A stretch of DNA of 60,744 bases, counting the filler, from Dugesia japonica (lineage: Eukaryota), in NCBI GenBank assembly GCA_001938525.1. It is 6 parts of 6 records of this genome, joined end to end, with 100 filler letters (N's around TTAATTAATTAA, not from the genome) between each part and the next. Parts side by side here need not be neighbours in the genome. Positions count along the whole stretch, not along the records: positions 1 to 8,305 come from MQRL01621646.1; positions 8,406 to 19,016 come from MQRL01635908.1; 4 more parts are not named here. One strand, written 5' to 3'. Below the pieces are notes generated by a model. That model made no database searches. It was not told the DNA's origin and worked only from the letters and a program-made list of their open reading frames with translations. The position numbers and the translations under genes were made by a program. The stretch's first letter is position 1, and every line of letters begins with the position of its first letter. Of this stretch, positions 1 to 13,179 are shown piece after piece.

Positions 1-442
1 AGTGGGGTAATGCGTCACTATCCGTCTACTGTAGATAGTGGCGCATATCACAACATACTCCCCCTGAAGGGGGGCTATTGAAAAGTGGTGATAAATTTTT
101 AAAAATACTTTAAAAAATGGTTTTATTTATTATGAATTTTTAAAAAACTTTTAAAAAATGGTGCTATTTTTGGATTAAATTTTAAAATTGGTGTTTAATT
201 TTTAAAAATAAATTAAAAATATAGGTTTATTCTTTAAAAAATACATTTAAAGTGGTGCTATTTTTTGAACAAAAATTTAAAATTGGTGACGAATTTTTCG
301 TATGTTTTAGTTGGCAAACATTTATCATGAGATTTTTTATGGGAATCTCGGTGAACATCCCAAATTTCGAAACTTTTTTGAAAAGTTTTTTATCAAGATC
401 TTTACATCATTCGATTCAGAATGACCTCGGAATCTTACCTGT

Positions 443-493
443 TCAAAAAAACTTCAACAATATACACCAAGTATATTGTTGAAGTTTTTTTGA
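443..493. repeat. Perfect 23-bp inverted repeat with 5-nt loop
   Basis: TCAAAAAAACTTCAACAATATAC (443-465), ACCAA, GTATATTGTTGAAGTTTTTTTGA (471-493). Confidence 0.9.
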
Positions 494-2033
494 TTTGCAA
501 TTGACTAAACACACTTGGAAATCTAAAGAGGATGAGCAAAATTATTATAACCAAAAGAATAAATTAGGTGGATAATGCTCGGATAAGATACTGGATTTTC
601 AATTACATCCGTCAAAAAAGAGACGTTTAGATTCAAAAAGTAATGAGATGAAACCCTATGAAAATAGCGATTATAATCAAAAATTGACTTAGAAAAACTT
701 TCTGGCGATGAATATTATGATAAAGATTTCATGGATATAGACAATGGAGTTATGATATTTTTTATTTATTTTTATTATTTTTTATTAAAAATCTAATTTT
801 TAGATTATATACATACACACATGAGTGTATGTTTATACGTGTGTGTAATACTATAAAAAATTAAATTAAATAATTTGACAAATATAAAAATGGATTGAAT
901 TATAGATTGACAAATTACATATTAAAAATACTATTAAAATTACAAAAACTTGGCAACCACCAAATAGAAAAGAAATTTGTGAAAACAATTATTGGAACTA
1001 AGTCGAAATACTCCAGATTAAAAGGAAAATCTAAACACCGTCCTAGTATTCTAATTTGGTCACATTTTTGTTATTTGGGATCACTGTATAATTTAGTTAG
1101 AAACCCACAGATCGTCACCAATTAATCAAGTCCACAGAAGGCCAAAGCATTCCCAATTACAACCACCAAGAAATAACAAAAACAAACAGTAAATTTACTT
1201 TTGGTTTTTGTATTTATTTGTTTTTGAATTTAAAAGTTATATAAAATTATAAAAAAGTTATAAAAGTTTAGTTTTTGTTTTTTGGTCAAATTGATATTTA
1301 TTGTTTAAATTTGTAATAATTTATATTATATTAACTTTACTAAACTTTCAAGGTCTACCTAACTTACACCCTAAGTGTCCCTACCAGTATATACTTTTTA
1401 TTTGGAGACTCTCTTNNNNNNNNNNNNNNNNNNNNNNNNNNNNNNNNNNNNNNNNNNNNNNNNNNNNNNNNNNNNNNNNNNNNNNNNNNNNNNNNNNNAG
1501 TACACTATAAAGTAAATTTTGAGATAAAGGACATAGAAACCTCATAACACCCACTTCAATATACTTAAGCCTCACAAATATAAGTAACAAATCGCATCAG
1601 AAACAGGAATATTATATTTTCTGAGTAATTGAGAGAATTTGGAAATCTCAATATCCTTCAAATGATAGCAATCATGAACTTCTACAAAACAAAATCCCCG
1701 CATTTAAAAGAACTTCCATCAGCTCTTTAAAGAGGTGGTTTATCAGTAGTGACTAGAAGAGAGAATTCTAATTTATTCAAGATTATTCCACTCAATGGAT
1801 TTGCTAAATTTTTGTAAAAAAATGAAAATCACAAAGTAATTAAGAAGTTAAAATAATTATTTTGAATGGAAAATTTTGCAATTGTTATTGAAATTATTTT
1901 TTAAAAATCTTTAAAGTGTTTCAAATGAAATCTGAAATTTTAAATCTATTAAAAAATAGTTTCCAATTAGAGCATGAAGTTTTAATTTGTTTGAATAANN
2001 NNNNNNNNNNNNNNNNNNNNNNNNNNNNNNNNT

Positions 2034-2975
2034 ATGGAGTTGAATTTTGATGTTGCTGATCCGTTGAGTACTCAAACCTCATCTAACAGATATGAAACAA
2101 TATCAAAATTTATCTGGTTCTAGGAAAAGGTGATATGTGTTTGTCTAGATGAGTATTTAATAGAATTTACTGAAATATCAAATAAAAATTAGATCGAATT
2201 GTTACATTGCTCTTGAATATTCTTTAAAGATATGATACTGAGGCAAGTGTTTCTGATTGCGAACCAACAATTACGGGCAAACAAAATGGTGTCATCAAAG
2301 TTATTAATAGACAATATCCCAATATGGTCCATGAGCCATGTAGACTCCATATTCTAGATTTAATAGTGAAAAATGAAATAAATTAATTTCTAGAAAATGA
2401 AAAATCAACTAGACTGAATATACCATACCATTTTGTAGAGGGAATCAAATCCAAATCGTCTGAATTTCGGAAAACAAAATTTTAAAAGTTAAAAAGTTTC
2501 CCTTAATATCCTGCATTGATTTTCCTTATTCAAAAAGTAGGAAAGTAGACCATCGGTATTTGTTGGAACTTTGTAAGGGAAGCCGAACATTACGAGAACG
2601 GGGTGATAAATCACATATTAAAATACCACAAATTCCGGTTAATGTCAGTTAATCCAGATGAAATTTTNAAAAGTTATTTATTGTTTAATTACTGAAGATC
2701 TTAAAAGCCTAAATAGTTTTATTAGTTATGAATGGTCTTCGGTTTGGTATGATGTTCAAAATTACACAGTCTGGTCGAAATTAAAAATCGTTTCCCAAAA
2801 ATCAAAAGAAATTCTTATCAAATAAAGTTTGTTTGGTAGAAAAGAGTGCAAGTCACTTACAAACGAAATAGCGGAACGAATATTTAGAATAGCTGATGAA
2901 AAAATATCACATTGCAAGTCTTTGGAAACCTTAAGAAATGCTATGATAAGGTACTGAACTGTTAAATGCGCCTAA
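2034..2975 (+). pseudogene. Decayed DDE transposase, hAT-like
   Basis: Translation from 2243: ASVSDCEPTITGKQNGVIKVINRQYPNMVHEPCRLHILDLIVK (second D, TG..NGV, CxxH); near 2640 a degenerate P..S*SR*N.KVIYCL (RW motif); near 2860 TNEIAERIF (catalytic E). Multiple stops and frameshifts. Confidence 0.7.
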
Positions 2976-3779
2976 AGATTAATTTGAAAACGATTTCATG
3001 AATAAACTTTGGTATAAAAATGATTAACTTCACATTATTTTTTAAAATAATATTTATAAAAAAACAGCTTCCGAATATTTAAACTGTTTCAATATAGTCG
3101 GAGGCTTTTTATTATGTAATATAAGTGCTACAGTCATTTTTAAAAATAGACAATTTCTTGGTTTTTAGAGTTTTACGTATGAAATACACAAAGTTTATTA
3201 ATTTCAATTTTGTTGTATTCTATGGTTCAGTGATATATGACATTAGGTAACTAGAATTATAATATTAAAATATTTTATATTCATTTGAACTTGGTTTATT
3301 ATTTCAAGACTTTAATAACTTAAATCTTCATTGAAAATTTTTGTTTCTTTTCCATCCTTATAAAGCTTATTTGTAGCCATTGGTAGATTAAGCTTGTGAG
3401 ACGCTACCAGATTATACATTAGAAATATCATATTTTCCATTGTCTCCGTATTGAAATTTAGTTTTTCATACATTTTATTCTTTTGGGAATCACAAAACTA
3501 TCAAGAAATTGAATCTGAATAAGAGTTTGTAGATCAGATTGTAATGTTCTTCCAATTTATGATGATAAAGTGTATTTTTTCATTGTTCGATATTATGATA
3601 TATTTAAATTATGGTAATATTTCAATATATCAAAATTCATATTATTGAATATTTAATGTTAATATTGAAAATATTAAAATTAATTTGAATTGTTTTAATA
3701 ATAGTATTATTATTCAAAATGTATATAATGGTATTAAAAGAGAATGTACAAGTACAAATAAATTATTATATAATTCAGG

Positions 3780-6575
3780 CCTATATAATAAGGCCTAGTA
3801 TGAAAGTTAGAATTCAAGGTGCAAAGATAAACGTGATGAGTTTAAGCATTTTTAGAAGTCTGACAAATGTGGATCTGATAAAATGAGGTGTTAAAATTTG
3901 CAGATAATAGCAGAATGAACATTGCGGGCAAAATATATGTAAATGTAGAGATTGAAAACAGTAAGAGATCAGTACAATTCACCGTAGTGGAAGATATGAG
4001 CCCAAATCTCGTGGAAGGAATAGACATGCAACTTCAGTTAAGATACCGTTTAAAGAAAGAAATTATTATGAGAGTGCGCGGTGGATCTGCAACATAGACG
4101 CAAGGTTCGGTCGGAAATTTGAGGATGCCGAAAGAGAACCGAGAGCTTTAAGAATTTTGATGATAAAACGAGACGAGAAACTGGAAAAGGTAATAAAACA
4201 TCGTGGAGTAATCATGGCAGATAAGTTGGATGTCGGATGCACAATGTTCGTGGAACACAAGATAGTGGCAAAAGGTAATCCGATAAATACGAGGCCATGC
4301 AGAATACGAAGCCATGAATCTAGAAGAAAATATATATACGGCCATAAAAACTTAGTGAATGCTAATATTATAAGAAAATGTAACTCGCAGTGGAACACAC
4401 CGCTGATATGAGTCAGGAAGAAAGAATGAGAAACTTTGCTTGGACTTCAGGAAACTGAACGCAGTTACGGAATCACAGGCCTTCCCGATGCCAAACGGAG
4501 AAGAAATGTTAGACAATTTCTATGAGGCCAAATATTTCAGTTCCATCGACTTGGGAAACGCGTTTTACTATGTACCGTTGGAAAAAAGCGCCACAAAAGA
4601 AAACAGCCATTTAGACGAAAAATGGTCAATATTGCTTCACAAGAATGCCTTTTAGCCTAGCAGTAGTCCCAGAAACCTTTCATGAACTAATAACAGAGGT
4701 ATTATTATGACATAATGGTATTCTCAGAAGGATTAAACCAGTATTACACAACTCTGAGTCAGGTATTAGAGCGGATCCAAAAGGCAGAGCTGTGAGTAAA
4801 TCCAGAAAAATCTAACTTATTATGCAAAGAAGTGAAATTTCTTGGTCACATGATAGGTAAAGAAAGAATTCAGACAGATCCAATTAAAATCAAAGCTATT
4901 CAGAATTTTGAGAAACCCAAATACGTAAAGAGCCTGAGAAGCTTCTTGGGAATATTCAATTAGTACAGGAGATTCATCAAGAATTATTCAAAGAAATCAA
5001 GAGCTCTAGAAGAATTATGTGGAAGTAACAACACCAAGCTAATATGGTCAGATGGATGTGAGAAAGCTTTTGTAGAAATGAAAGAAGCACTGATAGAATC
5101 ACCTATTCTAGGGTTCTCTGATATGAAGGAGACATTTATTTTAGATAATGACGCTAGCTTTGACACAATAGGAGCAATTCTATCACAAAGTGATGATGGG
5201 GTAGTTATTATTTACAGCTTACATTCAATGACATCACATAAGAAGGGTTACTGTATCACTCGGAAGGAAGCAATTTACTACTTCTGAAATCACTTTAAAC
5301 ATTATTTATCTGGAAAAAATGTCATAACTAGGACATACCACAAAGCTATCGTATTAATGAAAAAGACAAACAAACCGATAACACCTCAGTTTCAGACCGG
5401 GATGAATTACCTTAGCAGTCTAGACATGAAACTAATATGTAGACAATCCGAGAAATGCGTACTTAATGTCAAATGCAACATGAAAATCCGAAGATGGGAA
5501 AGATGAAAACAAGACATATAAATCAGATGATGAAGATAGAGGAATGTAAATGGAAAGAGGAAATAGAGAAAATCAGACTTATCAAATGAGATATTCAAGA
5601 ACGAAAGAATTCAAAATTTAAAGTCGAAAGTAATATAGTGAAAACAAGTAATGGGAAGATTTGGATTTCAAAAGAGAAAAGAATATCAATTATCACAGAG
5701 ATATGTACATTATTAATACATGCAGGAACAGGAAAAATGATCAGCTTAATTATCAACATCTACAATATAGAAGAACTGAAGAAGAAGTGATAAGACAGTG
5801 TGAAGCATTTTAAAAGAACAAAGTTAATACTATGCCAACAAAAGATACAACAGTAAAATGAAGCATAAAATCTCCATTTGAAAAGATATATATGGATCTT
5901 TTCGAGAGACCATGAACAGACAAAGATATATATGCGGAATAATAGTTCAATACAGTCGATATGTAAGCCTAATGGCGATCAACAAGCAAGATGGTAAGAC
6001 GATTAAAAGAGTGATAATGGAAAAATGGATCCTGAAATTTGGAGCGTTGAGAGAAGATCACATAGACAGTGATAAAACATTTGAATCAAAAAACTTCAGG
6101 AATCTGATGAAATCGATGAATATATAAGTATATTTTTTAAGCCCATACCATCATAATACGAATTGGATTATTGAGAGACAATTCCGTACAATCAGAGACT
6201 GTATTAATGCAGAGACAGAGTAAGATAGAAGAAAGGATTGGAGTAACAGGATACCGGAGATCGAATATATGATGAATGCAACAAGACAAAAGACATTGGA
6301 GATATCACCACCAAAATTAAGTCACAGAGAACAAACGGTTCGATAGACAAAGAGATTACAAAGAGTCAATAGTGGAAACATTTACAAAAAGGCAATTTAA
6401 AGTGGAGACGAAATTTTGATAAAACTAGAAACTAGAACAAAAGACAATGAAGATACGGAGGTCCATCCAAGATCACGGAGAAGATTCACAAGAGAAGATA
6501 TCGTATACGAAATGTAGATGGAAAAGAGCTGGAAAGAAAAGTAGAAAAGCTTAAAAATTCTTTTAATCAGGGGAA
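3780..6575 (+). mobile_element. Decayed Ty3/Gypsy pol (protease-RT-RNase H-integrase)
   Basis: KCNSQWNTPLI, DFRKLNAVT, FSSIDLGNAFY, FILDNDASFDTIGAIL, WILKFG...HIDSD, SPYHHNTNWIIERQF; Gypsy domain order; purine tract AGGGGAA just before TGTAA at 6576. Confidence 0.9.
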
Positions 6576-6686
6576 TGTAAATATTTTGTTTAAATATTCT
6601 GATTATCGAAAAGCAGATATTTTTAAATTAGGTTAAATACAATTTTTGATTGATCGGATTTTTATTTTATTAAGTTTTACACAACA
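6576..6686 (+). repeat. Probable short 3' LTR of the preceding Gypsy element
   Basis: Starts TGTAA directly after the PPT; candidate end TTACACAACA. No second copy in the window to confirm the boundary. Confidence 0.35.
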
Positions 6687-7454
6687 AGTACTAATTTAAA
6701 TAATAAGAGTAATCATAATAACCATGATAATAATGCTATTAATAGTTCTTGTTAGATGAGTTTGAAGTAATAATTAATGTCAAAACTCGTTTCCATGAAA
6801 GATTTATTCACAAAAAAACTATAAATATAAATTTACTTTTTTCAAACTAATTTAAAAATTCATATTCAAAACGGAATATATCAAATATCAGCATTTCGTA
6901 AAATATTTTTTTTTAAAATCTTATTAATTAAAAATTTAAAAATACAATAAAAAACACATTTCATTGACAATAGTTTATACTTTATTTCATTTAAAATTTT
7001 ATATATGTTATTTTATGTTATCTAAAATTTCCATAATGCAAAATTTTAAAAATACACTAAAAAAGAATATATTTTATTGACAATTAGAAATTTGATAATT
7101 TTACAAATTATAGCCAAATTGCAAAAATTTTAATACACATTTATTTATTTTTATAAATAATGATAATAATTTATTTATTTTATAAATAATGATAATAATT
7201 TATTTATTTTATAAATTATTTTTATTATACAAATTTATATATTTAACAATTCTGATTTCAATAAATTCCGCCTTAAAATACAAAAAATTCAAATCTGCTT
7301 TTAAAAACTATTTTACAGTTCTCATATTCAAATTTCTTTTAAATAATAATAATTATCCATACTTATTAATTACTATCCATCAGTTTAAATACTTTTCTAA
7401 CATGGTCTAACTAAAAATACTTATTATATATATAATTTATATCTGAAAAATTTA

Positions 7455-7975
7455 ACGATTTCTGCAGTTATTTTGGAATCGAACATAGGCATGCAACACC
7501 ATACCACCCACAGTGCAATGGAAAAATAGAAAAATTCTACAGGTCTCTAAAGAATGCTCTATGGACTCAAGGAACTAATGATAAACGTACTTGGTTAGAA
7601 AATCTTCAATTAACAATGTTAGGAATCCTTAACACTATGCCAAACAGGTTTTGGGACTAATATCCGTTTATCAGAGGATATTGTTGTACCATTATGCTCT
7701 GACGGACAAACAATGGTTCCAACATAATCTCGAAACAGTTGTCTCAAATCACATGGAGTCATGTAAACGTACAAGCCCCAAGGAATTAATAAATTTAAAT
7801 TTGTATGGATCAAACGCGAACTAAGAATACCACTACAGTTAGTATACGAAGTTCCATATCTGGTAACTTGGAGAAATGAAGATGGCAAAGATATTGAAGT
7901 TATAAGATGAGGACAACCAGAGCAAATTTCTATAGACAAAATTTGTCCAGCCTTTATCTTAAATGCTCCTCCATC
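7455..7975 (+). mobile_element. Gypsy integrase C-terminal fragment (second lineage)
   Basis: FCSYFGIEHRHATPYHPQCNGKIEKFYRSLKNAL...WLENLQLTMLG; later VWIKRELRIPLQLVYEVPY...ISIDKICPAF (GPY/F-type tail). Confidence 0.8.
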
Positions 7976-8305
7976 TGACAGAAAATAATTAATTAAATAT
8001 ATTAAATATTTAATTAATTTTGTTAATATCNTTTATTTTATTGAAATACATACTTTTCAAATTGCTTGGATTCTTCTCATTTAAATTGTTTCATTCGATA
8101 TTAACTACATTTTTAAAAAAAATATTTTAAGAAAAATGATCTCTAACCACACAAAAGTGTCAACTCGCTTTTCAAAACATACTCACAATGTCTATACAAT
8201 CTCTATAAATTTTGGGATACTTCTATGTAAAATAAATATTTCACAAGGGAACCAGTGTGTACCTATCCTTCTACTACTATATCTACTATTATATATATAT
8301 ATATA

Positions 8306-8405
8306 NNNNNNNNNNNNNNNNNNNNNNNNNNNNNNNNNNNNNNNNNNNNTTAATTAATTAANNNNNNNNNNNNNNNNNNNNNNNNNNNNNNNNNNNNNNN
8401 NNNNN
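8306..8405. other. Artificial scaffold linker (44N + TTAATTAATTAA + 44N)
   Basis: Exactly 100 bp; the 12-mer at 8350-8361 has stops in all six frames; the identical structure recurs five times. Confidence 0.95.
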
Positions 8406-8559
8406 GAGACTCTTCCGGGTTCTACAAATTTCTCCTCACTAAAATTAATAATAAATAATAATTATAATAATAATAACAACAAATTAATAATCATAATATA
8501 CATAATATATATACATAATATAATATAATATATTCTAGATTTCGAGATTTTTCATTCTA

Positions 8560-11530
8560 TATTTTTCATGTTTCATCTTTGGTGTTCCATTTTTCATGTT
8601 TCATGTACCTACTTGGCGCCAACTCGTATATTTACTATTACTCATATATTTCTACCATCACAAATGCATTTGGGACCACAAAAGTTTTGTCTTGGTTTCT
8701 GTAATTGGATGCCCAAAGNTGCTTGCGTTTTGAAAATAATTCTTGGATTGTGTTTGAGCTTAGCATTTTTTATTATATTCTGCATGATTTGGCTACATTT
8801 CTCATTAATAAAAGATAATTTAATAACTGTGTTGGCTTTTGGTTTGATTTTATTTTGTTTTGTATTTAAAGATAAATATTTCAATATAATTTTATTTGGG
8901 TAGCCCTTATTTACGAACTTATTTTTTATCAACTTGAGAGAAATCAATTTCATTTCTTCATTTGAAGATAGTCTCTTAGCTCGAATTCTTTCNNNNNNNN
9001 NNNNNNNNNNNNNNNNNNNNNNNNNNNNNNNNNNNNNNNNNNNNNNNNNNNNNNNNNNNNNNNNNNNNNNNNNNNNNNNNNNNNNNNNNNNNNNNNNNNN
9101 NNNNNNNNNNNNNNNNNNNNNNNNNNNNNNNNNNNNNNNNNNNNNNNNNNNNNNNNNNNNNNNNNNNNNNNNNNNNNNNNNNNNNNNNNNNNNNNNNNNN
9201 NNNNNNNNNNNNNNNNNNNNATTAGTTACAAAGAAAATATCATCTATATATCTAAACCATAGATGAATTTTCTTGTTTGATTTAAGAATAATTTGATTTT
9301 CAATGAAGTTTATAAAAATTATGGCAAGAATAGGAGATAAATTAATACCCATTGCAAGACCACTTTTTTGTTTAAAAAGTTGTTCACCGATGAAAATGCT
9401 ATAAAAGAAGAGACACAAATTGATAAGACACTTGAAATCATTTTGGTGATCTCTGGAATGTCTGTATGTTCTTTGTATCTTTCAAAGAACTCACTTATAA
9501 TATCAATGACAATTTCAGGTCCTTCAATTTGAATTGACCCATATAGATTTTTTACATCCTATGAACAAAATTCATCATCACTTTTCCATTCATAATTTTT
9601 AATTCGTTCGATAAACTTATAATTATTCTTTTAAATATACCGGAATGAAACTTAATAGTGGTTTTAATATATCTGCAATAAGTTTGCATAATGCAGTAGA
9701 AGGAGTGTCAGAAGCGTTTATAATAGGTCTTCCTTTCATTGTTTCTTTGTGATCTTTAGGAACACAGTACATCGAGGATGGAACTGGTTCATGACATTTA
9801 ACTGTTGAAAATGTTGGGGTGAAACACCGGATTAAGGCAAAAAGAATGGTGTAAGTAAGCACGAAATTCGAAAAATCTACATAAGAAAGGAAAATGAAGA
9901 AATCAGACCCAAGTAGGGCATAATCTAGTTGGAGAGAAGAATGANNNNNNNNNNNNNNNNNNNNNNNNNNNNNNNNNNNNNNNNNNNNNNNNNNNNNNNN
10001 NNNNNNNNNNNNNNNNNNNNNNNNNNNNNNNNNNNNNNNAAACGATGGCCAAGGAACTGATTCATTAATTGAAAAGAAGGAAATAATGAAAAGGAAAATC
10101 AAGATTGGTAACCGGAACCGGCGAAATAACCGAAAATCACAGCAAGAAACAATTCGGAAGTAAATAAACCGAAGAAGAAAAAGTAAAAGAAGCTGTGACT
10201 GGACGACAAAAAACTAATGATTAACCATCAATTCATTAGGCAAAATCAAGAAAATCACACCGAATCATACTAGAAGAAANNNNNNNNNNNNNNAATTAAT
10301 TAATTAATAGAAGAAAAACAATGAAACTAAATTAAATAAATAAGAAAGAACAAAGAAATGAGCACTTAATTAAGATGAACAACAAAAATGAAATAAATAA
10401 TTTATTTTATTAAATAAAATAAATCATAAGAATTAAAATGATTTATTTTAAATAGAAAATTAAATTTTCTACAAAAACTAGAAAAATTAGGACTTTTAGT
10501 GATGCCAACATTATCAATCTAAAGATTTCTGGTCGAGAAAAATCTGGCAAATTCAAAAATCAAACTTAGAAAACCATAGCAAGGAAGGGAAAATGTTATA
10601 AGGGTTTGAAGGTTGACCAATAGTTTCGAAGTTCAAAAATAATCGCCAATGAAAAGAAAGCATGTGACCATCTGGCCAATAAAAGTGTCGAAAATTTATA
10701 TTCACCAATAGAATTAAAAGGGGTGTAGAAAAAACCGGTATAAATACCGATGAAAATTTCACAAAACATAACACTTTTAACCAGAGTTAATCGGAAAAAA
10801 TTTTAGTTTCACAAAGGTAATTATTTTTCATCAATTCATGATATAGCGATTTCTGACTCGAGAAGAAACAGTAATGATGGACTCCTCAAATCGTTAGTTG
10901 CAATCTAAAGGAAATCCGCAATCCAAATGTGTGCTTGCTCCAGATCGGGATCCAGGTTAAGTTAGTTTTGTTAATTATGTTAACTATTAAATTATGGTAT
11001 CTCCAATGAAATTTAAATCATAATATATTTTTCACTTAAAAATTCTTTTGTTTTTCGGAATTGTTAAATAGCTATCAAGATTATAAGTAATTATAGGGTA
11101 ACGGAACATTTTTAGCGGATAATCGTAAAAGCTAATTTTGATTAGAAAATTAAGCGAGTATCATGTAAACGAACCCGAACCAAAGGATTGTGAGTCTGTA
11201 CTCGTGTTACTAGTCAACGGCTTCATTCCGAAGATCTGGTTTTTTTGGGGACACCAGATTCAAATTCATCGCGGAGTTTTACCAGATCAATTACCCTAGA
11301 CTAAATTTCATATAAAGTTTGACCCCCCTAGATTTAATCACATAAGTCATCAACCCACAAAAGGTAAAGCCCCAACAAAAATAAAGATTTTATTGATTCT
11401 CTATATTTTTCTGCTATATGATTTAATTGTTTGTTGAATTTAATTTCTTCTGTAGTTGGTAGTTTTTTGTGAGCTTATTTCTTTATAGAAATAAAAGTCG
11501 TTACAACCAAGATTTCTGTTGTTATCAAGT
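8560..11530 (-). mobile_element. Penelope-like retroelement (RT + degenerate GIY-YIG), interrupted by solo LTR 9812-11377
   Basis: MYCVPKDHK..KGRPIINASDTPSTALCKLIADILKPL; S*DVKNLYGSI; GLAMGINLSPILAIIF; WFRYIDDIF; C-terminal C..CICD and a degenerate YVxET..R..H. The frame rejoins across the LTR as ...ESIKSLF|STVKCHEPVP. Confidence 0.85.
9812..11377 (+). mobile_element. Solo LTR (~1.57 kb) with 4-bp TSD
   Basis: TGTTGGGG at 9812 and CCCCAACA ending 11377 (8-bp inverted ends); AAAA on both sides; removing it restores the Penelope frame; four CCAAT boxes (about 10617-10709) then TATAAATA near 10739. Confidence 0.85.
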
Positions 11531-12630
11531 TCATTTTTTATACCAAGGAGCTACTAAATTCTTTGACAATTCATCAATACATTTTAAAAACTCAACCATG
11601 CAGTTTGTACCTGAATACCAATAGTACTTACATTTCATTGTTATATCCAATAATTGAATCAATAAAAGCTCTGCAGCTATAGGCATATGTTTTACTAGAC
11701 TACCATCGTCTTCTGGTATTAGGATTTCTTCAATATGTGCATATATTATGAAAGCCAATATACATAGAGCTACATGACGATGAAACATGGATTGAGTCAT
11801 GAAACCATGTTAGCACTTGATACAACATTTTCTTCTAATTTGAATTTTCTGTGTTCGATCATCTAAATTCAGCAATCGATCCGAATTTACCACTGCAGTA
11901 TAATGAAACTCTTGATCATTTTCCAAAACCAGTAAAATTATAGGGCGTCCATTTGGGTTTTTTGTTCTGAAAATGATATCGAATTATGGTTTTTTTATAA
12001 AAAATTTCAGTTTCTTCTTTATCAATAGTTTTATTATGGTTAAATACTCTGATCGATAAATTTTTTTTTAAAATTCTGGAATCACCAAAAAGATGCTATT
12101 TATAAAACATTTATTGTCCGTAATGTGTACATCACGTTTTTATTAAATCTATTGCGGAAGGACTCGGAATGTATAATCACCGGATAGATAAATTATTGGG
12201 ACATATTTCGTCAAAATAGATCGTCGCTCTAATATTCTTTTAATTTTCCATTTACTGCTAAGCTCTGAATATATTGAAATTTCAGCATTTGTTTTTTCTA
12301 TTATTTTATCTATAAAATCATCGCCTTGTACGACCATGACCATTTTTTAATTTATTCTTCATCACCATTCTTCTTTTCAAATTCTGTATGGAATCTAAAT
12401 TGTACCTTACAATATTTAAATTTCATGACATCTTCTTGCACCTGATGTCTCAGATGTTCTGGAATTTGGAATGATTTCAATTCCAAACTCTTAACTCTAA
12501 ATTGAAGACTGGTCTATGATTCATTGAAATCTGATTTACGAATATAATGATCGTTAATCCTTGTAATTATTATTTTCTTATTATTTCCATAATTTTCAGT
12601 ATAAATCTTCCTTTTCATATTTTCTTTCAT
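11531..12630 (-). pseudogene. Polinton/Maverick-type protein-primed PolB N-terminal fossil (second, divergent copy)
   Basis: SELSSKWKIKRI..LTKYVPI (GSGW..YxPL block), TDNKCFINSI, ILLVLENDQEFHYTAVVNSDRLL, CIKC*HGF...HVALC, FIIYAHIEEILIP (ExoI-like), YSGTNCMVEFLKCI; same motif order as the 21-24 kb copy. Confidence 0.7.
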
Positions 12631-12964
12631 AACTTCTTCATTCTAGTAAAAATTAATTAAATTAAATTAATTTATAAATAAAATTTACTTCATTGATTTT
12701 TCCTCTTTTTAGTTTTTCATTCATATTATTTGCATTCATTTTATTGTCAAAAAGAAATGTTAAAAGTTTTACAAAAAAAAGACTTAATTATTTTCTTCGT
12801 TTTCAGATTATGACGAAACACTATATATGTACTTTGTTTATATACCAATACACACCAGATTTTTAATTAAATTGAAACAGTTAAAAAATCCATATTCTAA
12901 ATATTCTTAATATTATTATTTTTTACTATTATTGTTATTATTATAATAATTAATACTACTATCA

Positions 12965-13179
12965 GATGTGAGCTAACTGAATCATTATGAGTTATCGTGC
13001 ACCCCCTCCCCTTTACTGATCGATAAATTAATTTACGATTTCATTGATTTTTAATCTTATTGATTTTTGATCAGATTGATTTTTAGTTATGTTTATTGTT
13101 TTGAGTGTTGTTTGATTGTTTTGCGTGCTGGGGAGGAGGGGATATTTGATAACTCATGGTGACACAGTGCGCTTACATC
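12965..13179. repeat. Imperfect ~48-bp inverted repeat pair (MITE-like or element sub-terminal)
   Basis: GATGTGAGCTAACTGAATCATTATGAGTTATC..CCCCTCCCC (12965-13011) vs reverse complement of 13130-13179, GATGTAAGCGCACTGTGTCACCATGAGTTATC..CCCCTCCTCCCC. Confidence 0.65.

Noticed and set aside
8350-8361. TTAATTAATTAA as a conserved biological motif
   Set aside because: Always centred in exactly 44+44 Ns, so it is an assembly linker. The AATTAATTAATTAAT at 10294 lacks this structure and was not counted.
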